In this document: one piece after another, positions 27,651 to 37,300 of the stretch
Numbering within the stretch: the first letter of the stretch is position 1
Layout: each line of letters begins with the position of its first letter
Origin: Rhizomicrobium sp.
Lineage (GTDB): Bacteria > Pseudomonadota > Alphaproteobacteria > Micropepsales > Micropepsaceae
DNA: 58,186 bases
Reading direction: 5' to 3'
NCBI GenBank assembly: GCA_035255625.1
Contig: DATEZM010000448.1
Span: forward strand, 1-58,186
Translations under genes and position numbers: made by a program
Notes under the pieces: model-generated
Database searches by the model: none
Seen by the model: the letters and a program-made list of their open reading frames with translations, nothing else
Told to the model about the DNA's origin: nothing

Positions 27651-27887
27651 ATGAGCCGGAGAAAGATCCTGAGACTGGGGCAGCAATGGCCCGACCCGGT
27701 GGCGGACAACAAATACTGGATCGGCGCAGATCCTATGGCATCCGGAATTCAACATGGTGACGGCTGGCTCGTTCTCGGGCGTGAGTGCAGTTCGTTAGAC
27801 GACATCGAACGTGTGGCGGCTGAAATCAGGTCTGACTTAGACGCGGTTCTTGCCGAGGCTCGGGCCAAACTCGCCACGCGAGAATAG
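27651..27887 (+). CDS. Small hypothetical protein (78 aa)
   Basis: GAGG RBS; amphipathic C-terminal helix. Confidence 0.6.
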   Translation: MSRRKILRLGQQWPDPVADNKYWIGADPMASGIQHGDGWLVLGRECSSLDDIERVAAEIRSDLDAVLAEARAKLATRE

Positions 27888-27914
27888 ACATAGCAACGAC
27901 CTTTTGGTCACTAC

Positions 27915-28043
27915 TCAAATCATGATTTTCTCGATTTCATCGAATGTGATGCCCTCGGCGCGGTCGTAGAGTTGCGTCGTCCGAAGGCTTTCGTGCGCCC
28001 CCATATCCCGGGCGTTCTCAAGTGTGCCACCGTTCTCGAGCTA
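27915..28043 (-). pseudogene. C-terminal fragment of a tyrosine recombinase
   Basis: Minus-strand frame reads *LENGGTLENARDMGAHESLRTTQLYDRAEGITFDEIEKIMI*; H...TT.LY catalytic box; not in the ORF track. Confidence 0.8.
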
Positions 28044-28105
28044 GACCGTGGGGAGGGTAGGGCGGCGACCGGTACGACGATGGCCAGCGCGGCTCTTTGC
28101 ATCGT

Positions 28106-28726
28106 TCATGATCTTCTTCCATCGAGAATCGGCTTGCAGAGAGCTTCCAGTTCGGCGAAAGCAGAGCCAATTGCGCGGTCCATCGCGTCTGGGCGAGGTG
28201 CGTCGGCCCAGCCAAGTTCCGAGAGAAGGGCCAGCCGCCGAACTCCTTCGTCGCCTTCGACAGCGTTTGAGCCTGTGAAAAGGGCCTGTCCTGCATTGCG
28301 AAGCTCAATCGCCAGGTTAGTCAACTTGTCGAATGGAGCGACAGCAGTGGCGCCAAAATAGATGCGAAAAAGTGCGCGTCGCTGCCCTATGGTTGAAATC
28401 AACGAGCCCCGCGGATCTCCGACGAGCAGATATTTGTTGTAGTACGGACTACGCTTCTTCTCGAACGTCAGGAGTTGTGTCGCTTCTTCGTCGCCGACGA
28501 GGCGTCGCCGCATGAGCGAGAGCCGTTCGACAGCATCGTAGAAATCCATCATCGCCTGCTCGGCAATCTCGGCTTTGCGCTTACCTCGATTTTGTATCCG
28601 CCAGGTGTTCAAGGTTAAGAAGGTCAGCGCTGCGGCGGCTGTCACAGCGCCAGCTTCAACGATCGATAAGATCAGACCAGCGTGCGCGACACTGGACCAG
28701 AGATCCGGTGCGGTTGAAGCGCTCAC
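28106..28726 (-). CDS. Hypothetical protein with N-terminal TM helix (paralog B)
   Basis: TM then WRIQNRGKRKAEIAE...FRIYFG...LGW...RPDAMDR...CKPILDGR; GTGA overlap with the upstream paralog. Confidence 0.8.
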   Translation of the reverse strand: MSASTAPDLWSSVAHAGLILSIVEAGAVTAAAALTFLTLNTWRIQNRGKRKAEIAEQAMMDFYDAVERLSLMRRRLVGDEEATQLLTFEKKRSPYYNKYLLVGDPRGSLISTIGQRRALFRIYFGATAVAPFDKLTNLAIELRNAGQALFTGSNAVEGDEGVRRLALLSELGWADAPRPDAMDRAIGSAFAELEALCKPILDGRRS

Positions 28727-29364
28727 GCGCTACGTCCTTCGAGGATCGGTTTGCAAGTTGCTTCGATATTGGCAACAGCTTTGTCGATCAACCGATCCAT
28801 ATCATCCGGCCGCTCGCGTCGCCCCCAGCCCAGATCGTCGAGGAGGTTGTCCCTTGCGCTCGCGACCGCTCGGCTCGCGCCATCGAACTGTGCTTGTCGA
28901 ACAAGCACGCTGGACGTGATGATGAGATCGTTGTGGACTTTAGAGATCGCGTCGAAGGGTTTGGCTGCATCATCGCCAAAGTATGCGCGGAATTGATAGC
29001 GCTGAGCATGCAAGCGGCTAAACAGCTCCTTTTCCCTGTGGAGTCGCTCAATCGGTATGAAATAGGTGTTGCGCATGGCTCGCACCTGCTCGCCTTCGCC
29101 GTCCTCGGCCTTCCTGGATTCGCCTTCACCGGTATGAAAGGCACCCGTTCGGACCCACTTGAAGACGTCGCGGGCCTCGTAGATTGCCGTCAGTGCGACC
29201 TCAGCCAGCTCAGCCTTGCGTTTTCCTACGAGCTGACGCCGCCAGGCGTTGATGCCCCAGAGACCAGCGATACCGGCGGCAGAAACAATCAGCGTCTGAA
29301 TGAGCGATGCGACCTCACCCAGCCAGGCGAGCGAGAACATCTCAGGTGAAGGCAGAACGGTCAC
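28723..29364 (-). CDS. Hypothetical protein with N-terminal TM helix (paralog A)
   Basis: TM then WRRQLVGKRKAELAE...FRAYFG...LGW...RPDDMDR...CKPILEGR; start may be 29340. Confidence 0.8.
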   Translation of the reverse strand: MTVLPSPEMFSLAWLGEVASLIQTLIVSAAGIAGLWGINAWRRQLVGKRKAELAEVALTAIYEARDVFKWVRTGAFHTGEGESRKAEDGEGEQVRAMRNTYFIPIERLHREKELFSRLHAQRYQFRAYFGDDAAKPFDAISKVHNDLIITSSVLVRQAQFDGASRAVASARDNLLDDLGWGRRERPDDMDRLIDKAVANIEATCKPILEGRSA

Positions 29365-29371
29365 GACGATA

Positions 29372-29399
29372 AAGTAACAAAACGTCCTTTATGTTGCAC
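29372..29399. other. dif-like 11-6-11 tyrosine-recombinase core site
   Basis: AAGTAACAAAA-CGTCCT-TTATGTTGCAC: imperfect inverted arms around a 6-bp spacer. Confidence 0.5.
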
Positions 29400-29647
29400 C
29401 ATAATTCCTTGAGAGGGACCGTGAGATTCAACTCTAACGTCGCGCTCAGGAAATATTTTGAGGGTCAGGGTCTTTGGCCCGCGGGCGTGCGTTGTTTACA
29501 AAAATGAATGACGCTCCATCTCTCGTTTGTCGCTTTCGAATGTTTCCGTCAACTCGTTGGTGGCGACGAAGGGGGTCAAGCGCCCGGTTTTGTGATAGAA
29601 AAGGCTTCGTGAACCTCTGACGGTGTCAGCCGCGCCAAGCTCATCCG

Positions 29648-30259
29648 ATGAAACGCAGGCCGAATGAAGATCCCGATCTGGCAATGGTCGAAGAGCTAAT
29701 CTTCGCCCCCCGTGCGCTTGCCCTCGAGCGGTTCACGCGCGAGGAAACACTCAGGGGGCGGACCCCGGATTTTCGAGTGCGCCGGCAGCAAGAACTCGTA
29801 GCCTTCTGTGAGGTGAAATCACCCCGCGACGACTGGCTTGATGAACAGCTCGACGCTGCGCAGCCAGGCCAGATAGTCGGTGGAGCGCGCAACGACCCGA
29901 TATTCAATCGCATCGCGCGGCATGTGGAAAAGGCCGTCACGCAGTTTGATGCGGTTAATCCAGACTGCGCGCTCCTCAACATTCTCGTTTTCGTAAACCA
30001 CGACGACGCATCGCATTATGGCGACTTGCACGAAACGATCACAGGTTTACTTCTCACCGACGATGGCGGCAGACACCCCACGATGATGCACATCGCCCAA
30101 GGTCGACTCGGTCAGGCCAGGCAGCGCATCGATCTTTACGCCTGGGTGGATGCAAAGACTCGACGCGTGCAAGGTTACATTTTCAATGACGCCGATCGGG
30201 ACCGCGCGGAATTTGCCTCTGGTCTACTCGGCTTGGATCACGGGAAAATCAAACGCTAG
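29648..30259 (+). CDS. Hypothetical protein, PD-(D/E)XK nuclease-like
   Basis: RTPDFRV...AFCEVKS motif. Confidence 0.75.
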   Translation: MKRRPNEDPDLAMVEELIFAPRALALERFTREETLRGRTPDFRVRRQQELVAFCEVKSPRDDWLDEQLDAAQPGQIVGGARNDPIFNRIARHVEKAVTQFDAVNPDCALLNILVFVNHDDASHYGDLHETITGLLLTDDGGRHPTMMHIAQGRLGQARQRIDLYAWVDAKTRRVQGYIFNDADRDRAEFASGLLGLDHGKIKR

Positions 30260-31116
30260 CGTCCTGTGATCGCCACCAGGTCGCGCGGATCAATTTCCAA
30301 GGCGGCATATTCGAGGTCGAAATAGGACGTCCGATCGACCAGCATTGGGACGATGTACCAAGGCTCAGTGCAGGTTATCACCAACCAGATTTCGTCGGGC
30401 CGATCAGCCGCCGCGAGCGCGAGCGGCACGACCACTTCCGCAACCGTGGCTTGATTGGTCAGTTGGATGTCGTCGTCCTCCAGGATAAGAACGGATCGCG
30501 CGCCGGCGACGCGTTTCCAGTGATTGAGCTTTGGAAACTTATCCCGGCATGCTTTGGCGAGTCGCTGTAGGCGGGCCTCGTCACGGCCCTCCTCAGGCAG
30601 AATGTGTACGACTTTGGCCGCTCCGGGATAGCCACCGGCATCGTGGCAATGAAGCGCAACCGGAAACGGCACGCCGGGAAGATCAACGTATTCGCTTCGA
30701 AACTGCCTTCCGATCGGCGCGATTGGCAGCGTCGGCGCCGTTGCAATGATCCAAGAAATCATCGCCTCCTGAATGCGTCGGATGTCCTTGTTCTTCAGTC
30801 CGCGCAACGCATGCACCGGAACGTGGAACTGAATGTACTCCCGCGGCCGAAGCGCGGCTGTGACAGCCTCCTCAATCGGCCCGAAGCCTCGGCGGGAGTC
30901 CGCCTCTAGCTCGATCTGTCCATCGAATGGCTCGATGCCGGTGTGTTCAAACGCAAAGAGTGCGCCGTTGAGCGTGCAGGTCAGCTCGATTGGTGCCGCC
31001 TTGTGGCCCGCCTTTTCGGGAAATTCCAGGTTCTCTCGTGCTGCTTTCTCGCGCCCCTCCAGGTGACGTAAGACAGCATCGCAGGCTTTGCCTTCATTGA
31101 ACCGCCGGCCGCTCAT
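30256..31116 (-). CDS. Hypothetical protein, possible restriction-endonuclease fold
   Basis: PIELTC...FAFEHT N-terminal motif; KFPKL...SVLILEDDD...PDEIWLV; ATGA overlap with the DUF1488-like gene. Confidence 0.7.
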   Translation of the reverse strand: MSGRRFNEGKACDAVLRHLEGREKAARENLEFPEKAGHKAAPIELTCTLNGALFAFEHTGIEPFDGQIELEADSRRGFGPIEEAVTAALRPREYIQFHVPVHALRGLKNKDIRRIQEAMISWIIATAPTLPIAPIGRQFRSEYVDLPGVPFPVALHCHDAGGYPGAAKVVHILPEEGRDEARLQRLAKACRDKFPKLNHWKRVAGARSVLILEDDDIQLTNQATVAEVVVPLALAAADRPDEIWLVITCTEPWYIVPMLVDRTSYFDLEYAALEIDPRDLVAITGR

Positions 31117-31469
31117 TGGCCAGTCATGGGATCGACCCAAAATCCATTCGCGATCTTGTGATGCGTGCCGTGCTTCCCATGCTCAGCGGCGAGCTCGTCA
31201 GTACGCACGACAACACCGCCGTTCTCGAGTTGGCCCCGCCTGAATTTTTCCCCAGCGATGATTTGGATAGGGCGGCGGCACCGCTCGTATATCGCGACGT
31301 AGTCGATCGGCTCCAGGATTGGGTCATCGACGCCGATCTCGACGAGATCCTCGAGTGCGGTTGTCGGCACCCAACATGGCTTCAGATCGCGATCGACGAA
31401 GGCGAGGAATTGCACCTGCCCCTTGTTGGCGTCCCAAAATCCGGCCTGCGAACTGAATACGACGTTCAT
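31113..31469 (-). CDS. DUF1488-like protein
   Basis: WDANKGQVQFLAFVD...CWVPTTALED...IYERCRRPIQIIAGEK pattern. Confidence 0.75.
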   Translation of the reverse strand: MNVVFSSQAGFWDANKGQVQFLAFVDRDLKPCWVPTTALEDLVEIGVDDPILEPIDYVAIYERCRRPIQIIAGEKFRRGQLENGGVVVRTDELAAEHGKHGTHHKIANGFWVDPMTGQ

Positions 31470-31565
31470 GGTAACAGCTTCTCTAAGGGTATTTTGGGTA
31501 GATAAGCTTGACGGGCAAAAACAACAAGGCTCGGTGTGTAAGATATTGCCCGCTTGGGCATCCTG

Positions 31566-32249
31566 TCAGGGCGTCTCCCAGATGAACTTGTCGTCGACGA
31601 CGCACACTCGCTCGAATGACTGCGCATCAGCGTCCCGCACAGCGCCGGCGACCAACTCGGTCATATCGAAGTCGATCAACAAGAAGCGATGCCCACGCGC
31701 ATAGATGACGAGCGTTGTACCTTTGCCCTCATGCGATCTCTTACGTTCGATCGCTTCAACGAGGCGCCGCCGGCAGGCCGTCAGATCATCAAGCGCGTCG
31801 CGGGCGTGCGGTTCAGAGATGATTGTGCCGTCAATCTTGCAGGTATTCCCGCCTCCAAAGGCGGGTCCCCCCTGGCGCAGCTGCTCCATACGCAGGTGGT
31901 GCAAATAGCTGCCGCTGCTTCCCGGACCTGTCTCCGACCAGGCCGGATCGGCAACGGTTACCTGGCACGCAACGCGCCGATTCTCGGCAAGAATTTCGAC
32001 GTCCGTCGAGTGACCCTCCGGCATGAGCCGGAAGGCATCGCGGTCGGCGTAGCACTTCTGATTCGCCATTAGCGCGATCGGGACGAGTTCTTCGTTCCAG
32101 GCTTTGGCCCAAGGAAGTCGGTTACTGCGCAACTCGCCGCTAAACTCCTGATCTCTTTGGCGGTAGGTCGCGAGCTCCAGCTCGAACGCGCGCAGCGCAC
32201 CTATTGAATAGTACTGATCGCGGACGAAGGGAAATTCAAGTTTGGTCAC
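31566..32249 (-). CDS. Hypothetical protein, possible restriction-endonuclease fold
   Basis: WNEELVP...STDVEI...ACQVT motif; GGGGAG RBS before GTG 32249. Confidence 0.7.
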   Translation of the reverse strand: MTKLEFPFVRDQYYSIGALRAFELELATYRQRDQEFSGELRSNRLPWAKAWNEELVPIALMANQKCYADRDAFRLMPEGHSTDVEILAENRRVACQVTVADPAWSETGPGSSGSYLHHLRMEQLRQGGPAFGGGNTCKIDGTIISEPHARDALDDLTACRRRLVEAIERKRSHEGKGTTLVIYARGHRFLLIDFDMTELVAGAVRDADAQSFERVCVVDDKFIWETP

Positions 32250-32536
32250 TGGCCGTCTCCCCGCTGATAACTGACTCAAGATGCAAGGCGAGCCGGGCAA
32301 ACGAGACGTCCCGATCGCGTTTTACTTTCGCCACCACTCGCCGTGCGACCAGCGCGGGATCGCCGGGCCTTCCAAATTAGGTTTTCCAGTATTCATCGGC
32401 AGGCTAGCCAGCTCTCCCAGGAAACCTTCAATTCGCTGCCCGCAGTTGCGTCGCAGATGGCGCCGACACGTTGGAATTGTTTGGCGGGCTTATATCGCTC
32501 AATGCGAGGCCATCTTTATCCACGGCTCGGCGCCTG

Positions 32537-34387
32537 TCACAAATTGAACAATTCGGCCCGTGACTGATCGAGCGTCTCGACGAGCAGCGCACGATCCAAG
32601 AAGACATTTCGAGCTTCGCAACTTGTTTCTGGAACCAACAAGCAGGCGTGACAGGCGGCTCCGTGCAGAGATCGCTCGTCGCCGGACATTGATGGATCGT
32701 GGTCGGCGCAAATCGGATCGTTTGAGCAAAGCCGCAAACGCTCCAACCCCGAGTTAATCAGCTCCGGGATTCGACGCGCCATTTCAACCAGGCCGCCTAG
32801 GGTGCCCTGCGCACCTGCGCCTGCGGTATAGATAAGGATACCGAAACGGTCCTGCCCGGTCGCGTTTGGTGACGCAATGGCATAGACGCGCTCTCTGAGC
32901 GAGCTAAAGGGATATCCGCTTTCAAGTGCTATCTGGTCCATGATCGCGTGGGCAAGCGTATGAAGCGCAACATACGCGATCCCAGGCCTTTCGGGATTGA
33001 TCTCGTACTTGTCCCGATAGCGATCCAAGCCTCTGTCAAGTAGCAGGCCCCTTGCGACGACTTCATTCCCTCCAAGCCATGATCGTATCGCCCCCGGATT
33101 GAGTTTGACAAATATTCCCTCGCCCTTCTGTTCCAATGCCGGCAGCCAGTCGGCTCCCTCGGACAATGGCGCGCCGTCCACAGCAAGGCGCACTTCTTCT
33201 AGCAATGCCTCGCTCATGGTTGCAGCAGGCTCCAGACGCGTAAAGCCATAGAGACATGTAACTGCGCGCAGTCGGTGCACTGCGACAACCGACTCTAAGA
33301 ATTCTTGTCCAAGTGCTGTCGTGCAATTCGCGAGCACAGCTCTGGGTAAAGTCTCGGCAAACAGCGGCTCATCATCGGCGTCGCGCCCTATTTGGTCTCG
33401 TCCACTGCCCAACAAATCGAACTCTTCAATCTTGGGATGGATAGATGCCGCTCGAACATCTTGCTCTCGCATTTGCTGAATACGCGCAAACACAGCCTCG
33501 TCGGAATAACCTTGGAGTACCGCTCCAATCTCGGGAACATTCCGGAGCACCCCAACGAATTCCTTTCCGGTGGCGGATTGCAAAGACGACCAGTGCTTTC
33601 GAATGGCGTCGCCCAACGCGTCGTCGTGGATAGGAAGAGAGATGACTGTGACGGTCTGTGCAAAGTATGTGTTGGTCGCAGCGCGCGACAGGAAGTGAAG
33701 ATTTTCCTCGCACCCCGGTTGGGGAGAATCCAGCCAGGGACGCTGGCCTCGACATCGTCCGAGGAACCCCGGCTTAAATGCATCAGCCAAGGAAAGCGCC
33801 GGTCTGCCGCACTGGCATCCGATTCTGATGTTCGCGGGGTCGGCGCTCGTCCCTTCTTCTTCGATCCACATCGGCTCGCTGCACGCGGCGCCGCGATGCA
33901 TGAGGCGACGCCAATCTATGTCTTGGAGATGACCGTTCTTGCAAGCTGCGACGAACCGAATTGGCGTTACATCGACTTTCTTGCCATCGTCCCGTTGATA
34001 CTTCGCACGGCCGCCGCTCGCTTCAAGGTCCGACCAGGGCACAAGTCGCCGCCTAGCCGTCGGACCGCCGGCGTTGTCCTCACATGTAAACCAGGTAGGG
34101 AACACGCGGACGGCGACGCCAGCAGGATCGTTATCGTCTCTCGTCTCTTGCGCGATTGGTGGGGTTCGAAGGCGAACCGGTTTGCCGGCCTCCCAGCGAC
34201 CGCCCTGCACAAGCTGCTGTTGCAGAAGCGCCGCTAATCTCGGTTCCTCCACAGTCTTGAATCTACCCTTCTGTGTGTCCCAATGCTCCAGTCCGGCAAC
34301 GATCACGGAGCGTGTGGGAAGGTCCATCATCGCGCCCGGACCGAAGGATGTCAGCAATTGGCTGACGCTTTGAGTGATGCGGGTCAT
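32537..34387 (-). CDS. drmB: DISARM DUF1998 protein DrmB
   Basis: SQLLTSFGPGAMMDLP start, RFVAACKNGHLQD, GEGIF, LHTLAHA, GTLGGL, CSNDPIC...GAACHAC..VPETSCE DUF1998 cysteine motif. Confidence 0.95.
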   Translation of the reverse strand: MTRITQSVSQLLTSFGPGAMMDLPTRSVIVAGLEHWDTQKGRFKTVEEPRLAALLQQQLVQGGRWEAGKPVRLRTPPIAQETRDDNDPAGVAVRVFPTWFTCEDNAGGPTARRRLVPWSDLEASGGRAKYQRDDGKKVDVTPIRFVAACKNGHLQDIDWRRLMHRGAACSEPMWIEEEGTSADPANIRIGCQCGRPALSLADAFKPGFLGRCRGQRPWLDSPQPGCEENLHFLSRAATNTYFAQTVTVISLPIHDDALGDAIRKHWSSLQSATGKEFVGVLRNVPEIGAVLQGYSDEAVFARIQQMREQDVRAASIHPKIEEFDLLGSGRDQIGRDADDEPLFAETLPRAVLANCTTALGQEFLESVVAVHRLRAVTCLYGFTRLEPAATMSEALLEEVRLAVDGAPLSEGADWLPALEQKGEGIFVKLNPGAIRSWLGGNEVVARGLLLDRGLDRYRDKYEINPERPGIAYVALHTLAHAIMDQIALESGYPFSSLRERVYAIASPNATGQDRFGILIYTAGAGAQGTLGGLVEMARRIPELINSGLERLRLCSNDPICADHDPSMSGDERSLHGAACHACLLVPETSCEARNVFLDRALLVETLDQSRAELFNL

Positions 34388-37300
34388 TCTACGTCCGTCG
34401 CTCCTCGAATTATATTTCCGAAGGGATCGCGAACTTTGAGGAAAGACCCATACTCGACATCCCGCATAGAGCGAGCCGCGACGAATTCCTTGTGCTCGAC
34501 GGACAAGTTGTCGGTGCTGGGATCGAGGGGAATTTGCAGAAGGCGGCGTTGAGCCGAGCCCTCGTCATAGCTGAAAGGGCTCCCCCCACTCGACTGCTGA
34601 GCGACCACGTCTTCCCATGCAGTAAACAGCTCCTCCGCTCGCTCTACAGCTCGGGTAGTACTGCGGGCGTTCACACCCATGCCGATGGCTCTGCTACGCA
34701 AAGCCTCGATGACCCGCGTCTTGACGCTTACGCTGCCGCCGAGTTCGCCCACCGAGCCCGATGGTGTCATTTCCGACTCGATGTGCCGTGCCGAGGCGAC
34801 AAGAAGGCCGGCAAGCGCTCGATCTAGGGCGCGCGAAGCAAAGGGTGTGATGCTTGAAGCTTCGACCGCACGGTAGAAAGATGAATGATACGCGCGAAAA
34901 TGCTCGTAGTGAGTTCGGTCCCGTGGCTTGTGCATGTTTAGTAATGTGATGACGAGCCCAGGCCTGTCACTGTCTCGACCAACACGGCTCGTTGCTTGGA
35001 TGTATTCAGCGGTGGTCTTGGGCTGGCCTTGCACCATCATCAGACCGAGTCTCGTAATGTCGAGACCTACCGAGATCATGTTTGTCGCCAATGCGACATC
35101 GACGCTTTGTTCAATTGCCTCGCCGCCAACGCCCTTAAAAGGCATTCCTAGATTTTCTTTAGCTTGGGCAACATCATCCGTTGAGACGCGCGAAGTCAGT
35201 TCCAGCGGAAGCCGCAGGGAGCGATTGGCGAAAGGAGTATCCGACGGGCTAATTCTTCGGCGCTCGGTCCCGTACTTTGCTACATGCTCGTGCACTTCGC
35301 CTTCTACAATGCGCCGCGCGCCGCCCAACTCCCGGAGGGCATTGAAGTACGCGAGAACCGTAAGGTAGGGGTCGGCTGGATCATGATGATTGCCTGCTGG
35401 TAACTCGCTCAAGGCTTCAGCGCCGGCGAGGACCGTCTGCAAGGTCCTCAGGAAAAGGAGTTTTGGACCGCGTCCCTGGCTCGCGATCCCAATATAGAGC
35501 CGCGCGGCCTCGTCCGAAGCAGAAACCGTCCTTGCAAAAAAGCTGTTTCGACGGTCAACGCCGGGCGGTGGAAATATCGCAGTCGCGCTACGGTCGAACA
35601 GGCGCTGGATTTGACCTTCCGCTCGACGAACTGTAGCGGTCGATGCAATGATCTTGGCGCGGATCCGCTGGCCGCTGCGTTGGCGTGAGCCCAAGAGGTC
35701 GATGGCTATTTCGTAGAGGCCGGCGACCGTCCCCAGCGGCCCCGAAATAAGGTGAAGCTCGTCCTGAATGATAAGGTCGGGTGGATCGAGTTCATGGCCG
35801 TTGTCGAGCGGTTGGCCTTGTCCCGGTTCGGCGGCGCCATAAAAGCCCGTCACCGGGTCGAACCGGTTTACATGACCGAAGAATGCCCCGCTTTGCCCAA
35901 CCCAAGGCAATGCGGCGAACTTGTCCACGGTGGCAATCAAAAAGGCGGGCAGCCTCCGGTATACCGGCTCGTCCACCACAAGAATCGGCAAGCTGCGATC
36001 CCGTGTGAAATCGCATTCGGCATTCTCGCATTTGATCGCCAGATTGTGGGCAGCCGTCCGATTAGGCTCGATGCGAAAGCTATCGGGTGTAAATGGCGTT
36101 CCACACCATGGGCAGGCCTTCAATGGCACCGGCGACTTGTTACGCTTCGGGTCTCTCTTGTAGCGGTTCAACCAGGTCGTGGCCGCTTCGGGGTCAGTCT
36201 TGCCCGTGCGAGGTTTCATCCTGTTGGGCGAGGCCCCGCTGCCAACCCAAAGGCCGATCTCGATAGGCCATGTTCCCAAAGCTTTGATCCCGCCTGCATC
36301 GCGCGTGCGGATCATTTCCAGCGCGCAAATCAAGCCAGCCGCACGAGACAACTGATCGAGTGTCAAAAGACGCAGCGTGTAGCGCATGATCACGCTGACA
36401 CCCGCGCCTAGAACGCCAGCAGCACCCAGCCTCCGCATGGAAATCGTATAGGCAGCCAGACCGAGATAGGCTTCTGTTTTTCCGCCGCCCGTCGGGAAGA
36501 ACAGGAGGTCGACGATTTCGCGTTCTGGGCTGAGCTTGTCCGTCAATCCGACAAGATTGAGAAGAATGAAGGCGAGCTGGAACGGCCGCCACGGATAGAC
36601 CTTCACTTCGTCCAGTTTCTTGCGTTCGATGCTGGCTAGGCGTCGCCGCGCAGCCATCGCCATGGCTTCGTTCATGATCGCGAATGCTTCTCGCGCCATG
36701 GAGTCAGTCTTAAGCAGATTGATGCCTCGTTGGATGCGGTCGTGCGCCTTGTCCACGTTGGACAGGAGGTTCAGCGCGGTTTCGCGTCTGCGAGGCGCCA
36801 ATCCGTTGAGAAACGACTCCTGGGACTTCCGCCACGCAGCGTATTGTGCAGGAAGACCCGCGAGCGCGCTCGCGAGATCATCCGCTCCCTTCTGGGCAAG
36901 CTCTGATAGAGCCTCCATTCCGAATTCGACATCCGGAATTGGGCAAGGCGATACTTTCTCTACTTCTTGCGTGGGCATCGGCTCTGTCCACACCTTTGTG
37001 ACCGGCAGCCGCTCGGCCTCCTCGGCGACGCGCTCGTCCCATCCACCGGATGTGTTGCGGCCGACGGCGTATTCGCAAACGTCACGGTAGTGAAGGTCGG
37101 CGAGCCTCAAGTCGGAGTCGTCGGACCTATAAGTTGAATGATCTTGCCTTGCGTGAAAGCCCGGCTTGCAAGCAAGTTCGATACGAGCCTGAAACGCGTA
37201 AGCTACGTCAGTGTAGGGTGCTCGCGCCCGTTTGCGCCGATTGACGAGAAACACAGTAACGACGCGCAGCTTTTCAACGATACCCTCCGGAGTGGTCTGT

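Noticed and set aside
26676-27887. Calling the TIR gene a Thoeris or CBASS system
   Set aside because: No ThsA (SIR2/Macro) or CD-NTase partner in the window
32250-32536. Possible drmC (PLD) remnant after drmB
   Set aside because: Translating the minus-strand frames by hand gave only short ORFs with no HxK motif
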